A DNA stretch of 64,000 nucleotides from Phycisphaerae bacterium (GCA_012729815.1 JAAYCJ010000014.1:1043-65042); one strand, 5' to 3'; positions 8,908 to 18,970 are shown, counted from the first letter of the stretch. Translations and numbers: made by a program. The notes: generated by a model not told the origin, from the sequence alone.

Positions 8908-11232
8908 CTATCGGGCCTGACGGTGTGCTACGCCCGCGAGTTTCTTCTGCAGGCTGTCCAACTGGTCCGCCAGGATACTTCGCTCCTCCGGGGCCAGTTT
9001 TGCTTCGCCGAACCGCATCCGCAGATAGGCCCGCGTCAGGTCCACCATCTCCGGGTGGACGTCGGCCCGGATCAGGCGAAGGTCCTCGGTGAATTCCCAC
9101 GCCGTCCGCGTGACCGGTTTGGTGATCCCTCGCTTGGCCAGCGTCACCAGCGCGCCGCGGTAGAAGTCGATCGGGCAGGTCCAGACGTTGCCGTACTTGC
9201 GCTCCCAGCGTTTGGCCAGGTAACGGCGGAACCGCCGCAACCCCTTGGTCGAGACCAGCACCGAGATCCGCACGATCAGGTAGGCGAACGCGATCAGCAG
9301 CACGACCACGATCCAGTGCAGCACCTGGTGCCAGCGCGACTGGTAGTCCTCGCCCCGCAGCATGTCGATGAACCGCGTGATGACTCGCTTGATCGTCCAG
9401 GTCTGGCCCGCCTCGCCGGTCTCGTCGCCCAGGATCTGCTTGCGCAGGCCCTCGATGAACTCGCGCCGCTCGCTCTCGTCGTAGTTGGCCAGGTGCGAGA
9501 GCCACGTGAACCGCAGCAGGTCCACCGCGTCCCAGAACATCCGCACCAGCTTGCTCTCGACCGGTCGGATCGCCTCGTCCCGCGCCGCCGGCGTCGGGTC
9601 GAAGGTCGTCCAGCCCTTCCCGTCGAGGTACACCTCAGCCCACGCGTGGGCATCGCAATTGCGGATCGTGTAGTAGCCGCCGAACGCGTTGTAGTTGTAG
9701 CCGCCGTTCTTGAACCCGGTCACGATGCGGGCCTCCAGGCCCAGCGACCGGCACAGCAGCACGAACGCCGAGGCGAAGTACTCGCAGTGGCCGTGCTTGC
9801 GCCGCGTCAGGAAGTCGAACACCGGGTCGATCTGCGGCAGGACGTCGCGATTGTCCAGGTCGTACCGGAACTCGCCGCTGGTCCGCAGCCACATCTCCAG
9901 CTTGCGGGCCTGTTCCAGCGGCGAAAGCTCGCGCGCCTCCTTCGCGAGCACCTCCTGGGCCTTCTCCTGATAGCGATCCAGGTCCGCTTCGCCGCCGACC
10001 CGGTGACGCTGATGCGCCCGGAACCGCGCGATCATCGGCAGGGTCTCCCGCCGCACCGTCCGCTCCACGTCGCCGGCGGTGGGGGCCTTCGGCCAGATGT
10101 TCTGCGCCGGCGCCTCGTGCGAGGTCAGCAGCTTGTAGCAGAAGCCCTTCTTGGGATACTGCGAGGCCCGCAGGGTGTTGGTCTGCGGACAGTAGGTCAG
10201 CCGCATCTCCCGGTTTGTGGCGATCGCGGTGGGCGTGTCGATCACAAACAGGTTGGACGAAATCTCATCGTCGTAGTAGATGCGCCAGAAGATCTGCTTG
10301 GCCACCGCCTCCTTCGACAGCATCGCCGCGTCCTGGATCGGCACGGGGGTGTCCAGGCTGCGGGTCTGAACCACCCGCTCCTCGCCTTCCTTTTGCTCCT
10401 CCAGCCACTTCCAGAACTGCCCGTGGCGGGAATACTGCGTCTTGACCGACCCGCGCAGGTACATCAGCGGGGCCACGCCGCTCTTGCTGTCGCTGAGCAC
10501 CTTGACCCGCAGCACCGGGTCGTCATCCTCCATCAGGATGGTCATTTCGCCCAGGGTCAACTGCTCGCCGAAACCCGTCCGTGTGCTCTGGCGAGTCAGC
10601 GTGTTGCCCAGAAGCTGCATCGCCGGCGAGCCGCGCGGGATCAGCACGAAGATGGCCAGCGAGATGCTGCACGTCAGCACCGCCGTCACGAAGTAGCCGC
10701 TGATCCACGTGCGCCGGCGGACCTGCACCGCGATGCCGCGGCCCGCCGCCCCTTCGAACTGGCGGTGCGCCATCGCCTCGACCACCAGGTGGGTCTTGTA
10801 CAGCCAGTAGCCGGCCAGGGCCACGTAGGCCACCAGCACCACCGCGAATTCGGTGGTCGGAGTGACCGCGCCGGCGGCCAGCATCGCCATGACCGAGAGG
10901 ATCATCAGCTCCGAGAAATCGCTGACCTTGCCGATGCTGAAGCTCTTGATCAGGATCGCCGCGGTCAGAAAGTAGGCCAGGGCCTTGCCCGGTTCGAGTC
11001 GCAGCAGCAGGATGGACATCGCCAGCATGCCGATGCCGACCAGCACGATGAAGATCGAGACGAATCGCGGAACCCGGACGGGCCGGCCGATCCGCCGGTA
11101 CGCCACCAGCAGCACGATGCACGAGAAGACCATGATCCCGGTCGAGTGGTCCAGGTAGACCCGCGCCATCTCCCAGGTCGCCAGCGCGACGCTCAGGAAA
11201 CCCAGCGGCAGCAGTTCACGGGGTCTGACCAT
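8908..11232 (-). CDS. Transglutaminase-like membrane protein (TgpA/DUF3488 + transglutaminase core)
   Basis: N-terminal TM helices, GHCEYFASA, AHAWAEVY and WTTFDPTP. The likely start is ATG 11232, 2 nt after the DUF58 stop. Confidence 0.9.
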   Translation of the reverse strand: MVRPRELLPLGFLSVALATWEMARVYLDHSTGIMVFSCIVLLVAYRRIGRPVRVPRFVSIFIVLVGIGMLAMSILLLRLEPGKALAYFLTAAILIKSFSIGKVSDFSELMILSVMAMLAAGAVTPTTEFAVVLVAYVALAGYWLYKTHLVVEAMAHRQFEGAAGRGIAVQVRRRTWISGYFVTAVLTCSISLAIFVLIPRGSPAMQLLGNTLTRQSTRTGFGEQLTLGEMTILMEDDDPVLRVKVLSDSKSGVAPLMYLRGSVKTQYSRHGQFWKWLEEQKEGEERVVQTRSLDTPVPIQDAAMLSKEAVAKQIFWRIYYDDEISSNLFVIDTPTAIATNREMRLTYCPQTNTLRASQYPKKGFCYKLLTSHEAPAQNIWPKAPTAGDVERTVRRETLPMIARFRAHQRHRVGGEADLDRYQEKAQEVLAKEARELSPLEQARKLEMWLRTSGEFRYDLDNRDVLPQIDPVFDFLTRRKHGHCEYFASAFVLLCRSLGLEARIVTGFKNGGYNYNAFGGYYTIRNCDAHAWAEVYLDGKGWTTFDPTPAARDEAIRPVESKLVRMFWDAVDLLRFTWLSHLANYDESERREFIEGLRKQILGDETGEAGQTWTIKRVITRFIDMLRGEDYQSRWHQVLHWIVVVLLIAFAYLIVRISVLVSTKGLRRFRRYLAKRWERKYGNVWTCPIDFYRGALVTLAKRGITKPVTRTAWEFTEDLRLIRADVHPEMVDLTRAYLRMRFGEAKLAPEERSILADQLDSLQKKLAGVAHRQAR

Positions 11233-11234
11233 GG

Positions 11235-12521
11235 TTAGACCATCTCCTCCGGGCACGGCTGCGACGACGGGATGAAGATCCGCCGCCAGTCCGAACCGCC
11301 CACCAGCAGCATCTGTGTCGGGCCGATCGCCCCGGAGAGCCGCTCCAGCATGCTCGCGCTGCTCTCGCTGACGCTGACCAGCAGGCAGCGGCCTCGCCAC
11401 CGGGCCGTCCACCGCCACGTCTGCATCATGTCCGACAGCGACGCCACCGACTGCGGCTCGACCATGCTCAGCGTCCGCAATATCCGGTGCTGGGCCTCGC
11501 GGCCGGCCAGCGGCGGGATCAGCACCGGCGGATCGCTCGCGCAGACCAGCGCCACCCGATAGCCCAGCTCCAGCGACTCGCACAGGAAGGTCGCCGAGAA
11601 ACTGACCGCCTCCTCGAACCGGCGCCGGTTCCTGGCCGTCAGGTCCGGCACGTGCGTGTCCAGGATCACGGTCAGGCGGTGGGGGGCGAACTGGGCCATT
11701 TCGCGGACCAGCAGTTGGCCCATCTTGGCCGAGCGCTTCCAGTGGATCAGCTTGGGATTGTCGCCCCGGCGATACTCCCGCAATGCATAGAACTCGTCGC
11801 TGTTGCCGTGGAACTGCGACTGGGTCACGCCCAGGTGCACGTCGATCCGGCGCTGTCCCGGCAGGAAGCGGTGGTCCAGCTTGCCCAAGGCCGGATAGAT
11901 GGTCACCTTCTGGCTGTTGATGACGGTCAGGAACCGCGTCAGCAGGCCGAACGGGTAGCGGCTGGCCACCCGCGTGCCGCGAAGCTCCATCTGGCCCCGC
12001 AGGGTCGGCGTGATGAAAATCTGGAAACTGCACGTCTGGCCCGGCCCGATGTACGGGACGTAGACCCGCGGCGCCCCGGTCGACTGGCCGCGGCCCACAA
12101 TTTCCACCAGGCGAAGGGAATAGACGCCGAAGTATCGGCGGGTGTTGCGGATTTCATATTTGACCGGCATCGGCTGGGAGACCACGCCGTTGTCCGGCAG
12201 GATCCGGGTGATCTCGATCGGATGGACCATGCGGCTGGGGATCAGGACCGACATCATCAGGATGGCCGCCGCCAGCGAGGCCGACCAGAACAGGAGATTG
12301 AGCTGCGAGACGAACGCGATCGCGGCCAGCACGGCGATCGCGACCAGGAGCATCAGGACGGACCAGCCGACGTAGACCCCGTACTGGGGATGCCAGGTGG
12401 TTGGAGTCTGCCGAAGCACCTTGACCGGGTTCTTTACCGTCAGCTTCGGCTTTTCTTCCGATGGCTTCAGGAGGACAGGATCGGGTTCGGCCCGGCGTTT
12501 TTTAAACCGCAGTTGCACCAA
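11235..12521 (-). CDS. DUF58 domain protein
   Basis: 'EFYALREYRRGDNPKLIHWKRSAK...LLVRE'. Lies between moxR and tgpA. Confidence 0.9.
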   Translation of the reverse strand: MVQLRFKKRRAEPDPVLLKPSEEKPKLTVKNPVKVLRQTPTTWHPQYGVYVGWSVLMLLVAIAVLAAIAFVSQLNLLFWSASLAAAILMMSVLIPSRMVHPIEITRILPDNGVVSQPMPVKYEIRNTRRYFGVYSLRLVEIVGRGQSTGAPRVYVPYIGPGQTCSFQIFITPTLRGQMELRGTRVASRYPFGLLTRFLTVINSQKVTIYPALGKLDHRFLPGQRRIDVHLGVTQSQFHGNSDEFYALREYRRGDNPKLIHWKRSAKMGQLLVREMAQFAPHRLTVILDTHVPDLTARNRRRFEEAVSFSATFLCESLELGYRVALVCASDPPVLIPPLAGREAQHRILRTLSMVEPQSVASLSDMMQTWRWTARWRGRCLLVSVSESSASMLERLSGAIGPTQMLLVGGSDWRRIFIPSSQPCPEEMV

Positions 12522-12538
12522 AGGAAATCCATCTCCGC

Positions 12539-13486
12539 TTATACGGGCACCACGATCTCCTCAATGATCTGCGAGATGATATGGGAGGTGGAACTCGATT
12601 GGCTGTCGTCCAGATAACTCTTGCTTAGGACGCGGTGGGCGCAGACCGGAACGGCCAGCGACTTGATGTCGTCCGGCAGCACGTAGTCCCGCTCCTCCAG
12701 CAGCGCCATCGCCTGGGCCGTTCGCACCAGGGCCTGCGAGCCGCGCGGCGAGACGCCCAGATCCAGGTGCCGGTGCTGGCGGGTTGCCTCGACGAACCGC
12801 AGCACGTAGTCCATCACCGAACCATCCACCTTCACGTCATCGACCGCTTCCTGGATGCGGCAAACCTCTTCGCCGTCCATTACCGCTGAGATCTTCTCGA
12901 TCGACTTGCGGGCCGGCTGCTCCTGGATGATCCGGGCCTCCTGCTCCGCTGAGGGATACCCGATCGAAATCCGGAGGGTGAACCGGTCCAACTGGTTTTC
13001 CGGCAGGAAGTAGGTCCCCTCGAACTCGAAGGGGTTCTGCGTCGCAATGACCATGAACGGGCGGCCCAGGGTCATGCTCTGGCCGTCCATCGTCACCTGG
13101 CCCTCGTTCATGGCCTCCAGCAGGGCCGACTGGGTCCGCGGGGTCGTCCGGTTGATCTCGTCGGCCAGGACGATGTTGGCGAACACCGGACCCCGGTTGA
13201 ACTCGAACTCGCGCGTCCGGTCGTTGAAGATCGAAACGCCCAGCAGGTCGCTGGGCAGCAGGTCGGGCGTGAGCTGAATCCGCGAAAAACTGCAGCTTAC
13301 GCTCTTGGCCAGCGCCCGGGCCAGAATGGTCTTGCCCACGCCCGGCACGTCCTCGATCAGCACGTGTCCGCCGCTGATCAGGCCCACGATCAACTGGTCG
13401 ACGACCAACGGCCGGCCCAGGAACACCTGCGAAACGTTATCCCGCAGCGACTGGAGAGATGCACCTATTCCACGATTGGTATGCAT
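12539..13486 (-). CDS. moxR: MoxR family AAA+ ATPase
   Basis: GHVLIEDVPGVGKT, LADEINR, ATQNP and QLDRF. Confidence 0.95.
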   Translation of the reverse strand: MHTNRGIGASLQSLRDNVSQVFLGRPLVVDQLIVGLISGGHVLIEDVPGVGKTILARALAKSVSCSFSRIQLTPDLLPSDLLGVSIFNDRTREFEFNRGPVFANIVLADEINRTTPRTQSALLEAMNEGQVTMDGQSMTLGRPFMVIATQNPFEFEGTYFLPENQLDRFTLRISIGYPSAEQEARIIQEQPARKSIEKISAVMDGEEVCRIQEAVDDVKVDGSVMDYVLRFVEATRQHRHLDLGVSPRGSQALVRTAQAMALLEERDYVLPDDIKSLAVPVCAHRVLSKSYLDDSQSSSTSHIISQIIEEIVVPV

Positions 13487-13494
13487 AGCCCACC

Positions 13495-13503
13495 ATTATA
13501 CCA
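13495..13503 (-). promoter_or_regulatory. Extended -10 promoter of the moxR operon
   Basis: TGgTATAAT on the minus strand, 8 nt upstream of the ATG. Confidence 0.55.
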
Positions 13504-13640
13504 TTAATAAAACTTCGCCTGGGTATAAAACTGCCGCACGTTCTGGAATGTATACCCGCTTGGAACGGGTTCGTCAATCCGGTTGCTTTTTTCCCTGAAG
13601 AATCTACAATTTCACCTTTTGCCGCCATACGGCTGGAGCC

Positions 13641-14426
13641 ATGACTGTTATCCAACTAACTAACATTACGTTCATCCGGTCCGATCGGATCATTCTGGAT
13701 CGGATTTCCTGGACCATTGGCCGCGGACAGCACTGGGCCCTGCTGGGCGCCAACGGTTCCGGGAAAACTTCGCTCCTGAAAATCATTGCCGGTTACGAGT
13801 GGCCCAGCGACGGGTCGGTCCACGTCCTGGGCCGGCACTTCGGCGACTGCTATCTGCCCGAGCTCCGCAAGACCATCGGGTGGGTCAGCGCCGCGGTCGA
13901 GCACCGCCTGCCGGAAGATGACACCGCCCTCGAGATCGCCGCCTCCGGGTTCGACGCCTCGCTGGGGCTTTACCGGCCGCTCCGTCGCGACGAGACCGAG
14001 CAGACCCGGTCCGCCCTCGCCGCCCTTGGGATCGAGGGGCTGGCCGATCAGCCGTACCAGGTCCTCTCGCAGGGCGAGAAGCAGCGGGTTCTGATCGCCC
14101 GGGCGCTGGTCAACCGTCCGGCTTTGCTGATTCTCGACGAGCCCTGCGCCGGCCTGGATCCGGTATCGCGGGAGCGGTTCCTCGACGATCTGGGCCGGCT
14201 GGCCGAGACGCCGGAGAGTCCGACCATCCTTCTGGTCACCCATCACGTCGAGGAGATCCGCCCGTGGATCGACAACCTCTTGGTGCTCAAGGAGGGTCGG
14301 GTGCTGGCCGCCGGTTCCACGGCGGCGACGCTGACCGCCGCGAATATGGGCGATGCCTTCGGGCATCCTTGCCGGATCGGCAACACGCGCGGCCGATACC
14401 GCCTCGACCTGAACCCGCGGGATTAG
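13641..14426 (+). CDS. ABC transporter ATP-binding protein (ModF/YlmA-like, orphan)
   Basis: Walker A GANGSGKT, LSQGE signature, LILDEP and H-loop VTHH. Confidence 0.9.
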   Translation: MTVIQLTNITFIRSDRIILDRISWTIGRGQHWALLGANGSGKTSLLKIIAGYEWPSDGSVHVLGRHFGDCYLPELRKTIGWVSAAVEHRLPEDDTALEIAASGFDASLGLYRPLRRDETEQTRSALAALGIEGLADQPYQVLSQGEKQRVLIARALVNRPALLILDEPCAGLDPVSRERFLDDLGRLAETPESPTILLVTHHVEEIRPWIDNLLVLKEGRVLAAGSTAATLTAANMGDAFGHPCRIGNTRGRYRLDLNPRD

Positions 14427-14454
14427 CGTGCTTCCGCCGAACCTGCGTTTTTGG

Positions 14455-14483
14455 TTGCAGCCGCCTGTGAACTGCTTTATAAT
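14455..14483 (+). promoter_or_regulatory. Putative sigma70 promoter
   Basis: TTGCAG, 17 nt spacer, TATAAT upstream of the B-repeat protein. Confidence 0.55.
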
Positions 14484-14572
14484 CCGTCTTACTTCTGTGC
14501 CTCGTGGGGGTCTGCCAAATGAGGTCGTGGGGCGGGCGATGTCCCGTCGCTGTGCTTGCTGAGGAGAGAGCC

Positions 14573-16849
14573 ATGAAACCGTCAATAATGCTGCCGGCTG
14601 CGTTTCTGTCCGTTTTCTGCTGGGCCAATGCCGCCACCGTCAATGTCTGGCTCGAAATCGACGCTTCGGCCAACGAGTACCGCGTGCTGGCCGAGTGCGT
14701 CGACGACGTCGCTGGGACCTGCGCCGGACTGGCCCTCTACAACGTCACGCTGAGCAACGTGGCGGAGTTGTACAACGACGGTCCGATGGCCTATGACGAG
14801 GCGGGCGAGACCACCACGCCGCTGGCCGGTTTCGTTTTGTTCCGCAGCGACAGCGGGGCCGGCGTCACCACGTTGGGCGCCGCCCAGAATACGTTTGATC
14901 CCAACGGAGCCCAGATCGTGTACGACATCGGCGACCAGGCGGTCGATCTGACCGCGCTCGTTTCAGCCGATGTCTACGTGCCCGCCGACGGTCAGGTCGC
15001 CGTGCCCGTTCAACTGGGCCACGGCACGTTCACCGGCGATCCGCCGAGCATCACCAACGCGACCTTCAATGTCTTTGATCCCGCCCGCGACGGCACCACT
15101 CAGCCGCCCGATACCGTCGCGATTCTCGATCCGGACATCGTCGGCGTCGAATACACCCTGACCGTCAGCGTCCAGGGCCAAGGCACGACCACGCCCGCCG
15201 CGGGCGATCATACGTATGACGAAGGCGTCCAAGTGGCGATCTTGGCCGCCGCCGCCGACGGTTGGCACTTCGTTCGCTGGCAGGGCGACGTGTCGGCCAC
15301 CAGCGCCGCCGCCTCGGTGACCATGAACGCCGACAAGGCCGTCACCGCCGTTTTTGAAGAGGATGCCGCCCAGTATGCCCTGACAGTGCAGGTCCAGGGC
15401 CAGGGGACGACCACGCCGGCCGCCGGCCAGCACACGTATGACGATGGGACGGTCGTTCCTCTCTCAGCCGCCGCCGCCGACGGCTGGCATTTCGTCCGTT
15501 GGCAGGGCGACGTCGCCGGAACCAGTCCCTCCTCCTCCATCACGATCAGCAGCAACAAATCGGTGACCGCCGTCTTCGAGCAGGACGCCGCCCAGTACAC
15601 GCTGACCGTCAACGTCCAAGGTCAGGGCGCGACCACGCCCGCCGCCGGTCAGCACACCTATGATGAAGGGGCCGCCGTCCCGCTGACCGCCACGCCCGCC
15701 GGCGGCTGGCACTTCGTCCGGTGGGAAGGCGACGCCTCCGGCGCCCAGGAGTCCACCCAGGTTACCATGGACAGCGCGATGACCGTCACCGCCGTCTTCG
15801 AGCGAGACACCGCCCAATACGCGCTGACCGTCAACGTCCAGGGCCAGGGCACAACGACGCCCGCCGCCGGTCAGCACACCTACGATCAGGGCGCCCAGGT
15901 AAACCTCGGCGCCACGCCCGCACAAGGTTGGCACTTTGTCCGGTGGGAGGGCGACGTGTCCGGCGTCAATCCGAACGTTGGGGTCACCATGGACTCCAGC
16001 AAGTCCGTCACCGCGGTCTTTGAGCAGGACGCGGCCCAGTACACGCTAACCGTCAACGTCCAGGGCGACGGGACCACCGATCCCAATGCCGGTCAGCACA
16101 GCTACGATGCAAACGCCGCGGTCGAGGTTGCCGCTACCGCCGCCGACGGCTGGCATTTCGTCCGCTGGCAGGGCGATGCGACCGGAACCGCGCCAACCCT
16201 GACCGTCACCATGGACCGCGGCAAGAGCGTCACCGCCGTCTTTGAGCAGGACGCCGCCGAATACGTCCTGACCGTCAACGTCCAGGGCAGCGGCTCGACC
16301 AATCCGGTTCCCGGCCAGCACAGCTACGCGGACGGAACCGAGGTAATCGTCGCGGCCACACCCGTCGAGGGCTGGCACTTTGTCCGGTGGGAGGGCGATT
16401 TGACGGGCGCCACCGCCACGGCATCGCTGACGATGGACGCCAGCCAGTCGATCACCGCGGTCTTCGAGCAGGACGCGGCCCAGTACACGCTGACCGTCAA
16501 CGTCCAGGGCCAGGGCACGACGGCGCCCGCTGCCGGCCAGCATGCCTACGACAGCGGAACCGAGGTCGCCCTCTCGGCTGCCCCGGCCGAAGACTGGGAG
16601 TTCATCCGCTGGGAGGGTGACATCTCCGCGACCGACCCGAACACCACCGTGACCATGAACGCGGGCAAGTCGGTCACCGCCGTTTTCCAAGCCGAGGCGG
16701 TTGATCCCAATGATCCCAACCAGCCGTCCGACCCCAACGAAACCAACGGCGACGTTCCTCCCATCGGCGGATGCCTCATGACCGCCATGGTCGTCGGACT
16801 GGCTGTGGCCTTCGGATTCGCCATGCTCGGACTATATCGGGAGTCGTAG
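14573..16849 (+). CDS. Secreted surface protein with 7 InlB B-repeat-like (Flg_new-type) domains and a C-terminal membrane anchor
   Basis: Signal peptide MKPSIMLPAAFLSVFCWANA. Seven ~74-aa repeats 'YTLTVNVQGQG...GWHFVRWEGD...VTAVFE'. C-terminal GGC + TM + R tail. RBS GAGGAG. Confidence 0.85.
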   Translation: MKPSIMLPAAFLSVFCWANAATVNVWLEIDASANEYRVLAECVDDVAGTCAGLALYNVTLSNVAELYNDGPMAYDEAGETTTPLAGFVLFRSDSGAGVTTLGAAQNTFDPNGAQIVYDIGDQAVDLTALVSADVYVPADGQVAVPVQLGHGTFTGDPPSITNATFNVFDPARDGTTQPPDTVAILDPDIVGVEYTLTVSVQGQGTTTPAAGDHTYDEGVQVAILAAAADGWHFVRWQGDVSATSAAASVTMNADKAVTAVFEEDAAQYALTVQVQGQGTTTPAAGQHTYDDGTVVPLSAAAADGWHFVRWQGDVAGTSPSSSITISSNKSVTAVFEQDAAQYTLTVNVQGQGATTPAAGQHTYDEGAAVPLTATPAGGWHFVRWEGDASGAQESTQVTMDSAMTVTAVFERDTAQYALTVNVQGQGTTTPAAGQHTYDQGAQVNLGATPAQGWHFVRWEGDVSGVNPNVGVTMDSSKSVTAVFEQDAAQYTLTVNVQGDGTTDPNAGQHSYDANAAVEVAATAADGWHFVRWQGDATGTAPTLTVTMDRGKSVTAVFEQDAAEYVLTVNVQGSGSTNPVPGQHSYADGTEVIVAATPVEGWHFVRWEGDLTGATATASLTMDASQSITAVFEQDAAQYTLTVNVQGQGTTAPAAGQHAYDSGTEVALSAAPAEDWEFIRWEGDISATDPNTTVTMNAGKSVTAVFQAEAVDPNDPNQPSDPNETNGDVPPIGGCLMTAMVVGLAVAFGFAMLGLYRES
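15150..16690 (+). repeat. Intragenic tandem repeat, 7 x ~222 bp
   Basis: Recurring ctgaccgtcaacgtccagggccagggc / ggctggcacttcgtcc / gtcaccgccgtctt at ~222-bp period. Confidence 0.9.
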
Positions 16850-16874
16850 TCCTTCCAATGGACCAGTAACTTCT

Positions 16875-16907
16875 GACCCGGTCGCCAGTTCGCGGCCGGG
16901 TCTTTCT
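16875..16907 (+). terminator. Intrinsic terminator
   Basis: Hairpin GACCCGGTCGC...GCGGCCGGGTC followed by TTTCT. Confidence 0.6.
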
Positions 16908-16971
16908 ATGGCGGCGGCCAATACTGAATATTATAATCAAGCATTATGATTGATAGGTGGTGGCCTGATCA

Positions 16972-17000
16972 TTGATCTGGGCTCGGCAATCGCATATACT
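16972..17000 (+). promoter_or_regulatory. Putative sigma70 promoter
   Basis: TTGATC, 17 nt spacer, TATACT. Confidence 0.5.
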
Positions 17001-17044
17001 GCAATGACCGACAAGCCCTTTGGAGACCAAGGAGAAACCCGAGT

Positions 17045-18970
17045 ATGCGGCGATTCCCTTCGGCGGCGATCTGCCTGATTACTGTGTCCGCGGCGGCGTT
17101 CCTGGGGGCCTGCAACGGTCCCGTCAACAACCTGGCCAAGAATCAGGAGTATCTCCTGACGGTCAGCGTCGAGGGCCATGGCACGGTCAGCCCGGACACC
17201 CTCACCTACAACGCCGGGACTTCCGTGGTCCTCGTGGCGGAGCCCGCCGCCGGCTGGCACTTCGTCCGATGGGAAGGCTCCGGTCAGGGCACCGGCGATA
17301 CGCTGCAACTGGTCATGGACCGCGATCGCGCGGTCACCGCGGTTTTTGAGGAGGGTGTGCTTCAATACACCTTGACCGTGGAAGTCGAGGGCCAGGGCAG
17401 CGTTAACCCTTCATCCGGCGCGCATGGGTACGATCCGAATTCCATCGTTAACCTCACCGCCACCGCCGCCGACGGCTGGCGCTTCGTCGAGTGGCAGGGC
17501 TTCGCCGGCGGGACCGACCCTGCGACCACCGTTACCATGACCGGCAACAAGACGGTCAAAGCCGTCTTCGAGGAGGATACGTCGCAGACGCTGACCATCG
17601 CGGTTCAGGGCCAGGGTACGGTCGATCCGGCGGTCGGTCAGCACGAGTATGAGAGGGACACGCAGGTGAGCGTGAAGGCCGCCGCCGCCGACGGCTGGCA
17701 CTTCGTTCGATGGGAAGGGGACGCCGCCGGCAACACACCCAGCGCGACCGTCTCCATGGACGCCGACAAGACGGTCACCGCCGTCTTTGAAGAGGACAGC
17801 GACGCATACAACCTGACCATCGCCGTCAGCGGCCAGGGGACCACCGATCCCGCCGCCGGGACTCACAGCTATCCTGCCGACGGATCGGTCAGCCTGACCG
17901 CCGCCGCCGCCGCCGGCTGGCATTTCGTCCGCTGGCAGGGCGACGCCCAGGGCACCTCGCCGACGGTCGAATTGACGATGGGTTCGGCCAAGACGGTCAC
18001 CGCGATCTTCGAGGAGGACGCGGCCGAATATACCCTCACCGTCTCGGCCATCGGCCAGGGCACCGTGGATCCGGCCGTCGGAGGCTACAGCTACGCCGAC
18101 GGCCAGCAGGTCACGCTGACCGCCACGGCGGGCGAGAGCTGGCGGTTCGACCGCTGGCAGGGCGACGTGACCGGGACGGACAACCCCGTCACGGTGACCA
18201 TGTCCGCCACCCGCAGCGTGACCGCCGTCTTCGTCCGCCAGTATCGCCTGAGCGTGGCCGCGACCGGCCAGGGAACCACCAGCCCGGCCGTTGGCGATCA
18301 TTTCTACGACGTCGGCCAGACCGTGACCGTCTCAGCCACGCCCGCCAACGGCTGGCGATTCCTCGATTGGACCGGCGACCTGTCCTCGTCCAACCAGAGC
18401 GCCGATCTGGTCATGGACGACGACAAGGCCATCACCGCCTCCTTCGGCGGCGCGGGCGTCCAGGTCATGATCGAAACCTCCAAAGGCAATATTCTCGTCG
18501 AACTGGACGATGAGCTGGCGCCGGTCACCGTCGAAAACTTCCTCAGTTACGTCGATGAGGGGTTCTACGACGGGACCGACGGCAAAGAGGCCACCATCTT
18601 CCACCGCGTGATTCCCGATTTCATGGTTCAGTGCGGCGGCTTCACCGAAGAGCTGGAAGAGAAGGAGACGCACGACCCGATCGTCCTCGAGTCGGACAAC
18701 GGCTTGAGGAACGTGCGGGGCACGATCGCGATGGCCCGCACCACCGAACCCGACAGCGCCACCTCGCAGTTTTTCATCAACGTGGTGGACAACGATTTCC
18801 TCAACTACGCGAGCGAAGCGAAGCCCGGCTACGCCGTTTTCGGCCGCGTGCTGGAGGGCATGGACGTCGCCGACGAGATCGTCGCCGTCGAGACCGCCTC
18901 CGTCGGTCCGCACGACGACGTGCCGGTGGAGGCCATCTTCATTACCTCCGTGTATCGCGTTGAGGAATGA
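17045..18970 (+). CDS. Lipoprotein with 6 B-repeat domains fused to a cyclophilin-type peptidyl-prolyl isomerase
   Basis: Lipobox FLGA-C, six B-repeats, then a C-terminal cyclophilin ([39 protein letters not shown]). Confidence 0.88.
   Translation: MRRFPSAAICLITVSAAAFLGACNGPVNNLAKNQEYLLTVSVEGHGTVSPDTLTYNAGTSVVLVAEPAAGWHFVRWEGSGQGTGDTLQLVMDRDRAVTAVFEEGVLQYTLTVEVEGQGSVNPSSGAHGYDPNSIVNLTATAADGWRFVEWQGFAGGTDPATTVTMTGNKTVKAVFEEDTSQTLTIAVQGQGTVDPAVGQHEYERDTQVSVKAAAADGWHFVRWEGDAAGNTPSATVSMDADKTVTAVFEEDSDAYNLTIAVSGQGTTDPAAGTHSYPADGSVSLTAAAAAGWHFVRWQGDAQGTSPTVELTMGSAKTVTAIFEEDAAEYTLTVSAIGQGTVDPAVGGYSYADGQQVTLTATAGESWRFDRWQGDVTGTDNPVTVTMSATRSVTAVFVRQYRLSVAATGQGTTSPAVGDHFYDVGQTVTVSATPANGWRFLDWTGDLSSSNQSADLVMDDDKAITASFGGAGVQVMIETSKGNILVELDDELAPVTVENFLSYVDEGFYDGTDGKEATIFHRVIPDFMVQCGGFTEELEEKETHDPIVLESDNGLRNVRGTIAMARTTEPDSATSQFFINVVDNDFLNYASEAKPGYAVFGRVLEGMDVADEIVAVETASVGPHDDVPVEAIFITSVYRVEE

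Noticed and set aside
11233-12033. N-terminal extension of the 1041-aa transglutaminase ORF
   Set aside because: It overlaps DUF58 in another frame. The plausible start is ATG 11232.
8908-13486. MoxR-DUF58-transglutaminase operon as a novel system
   Set aside because: It is a widespread, already described gene triad.
15150-18450. Regular ~222-bp repeats as a CRISPR array
   Set aside because: They are in-frame protein domain repeats with wobble variation. There is no repeat-spacer structure and no cas genes.
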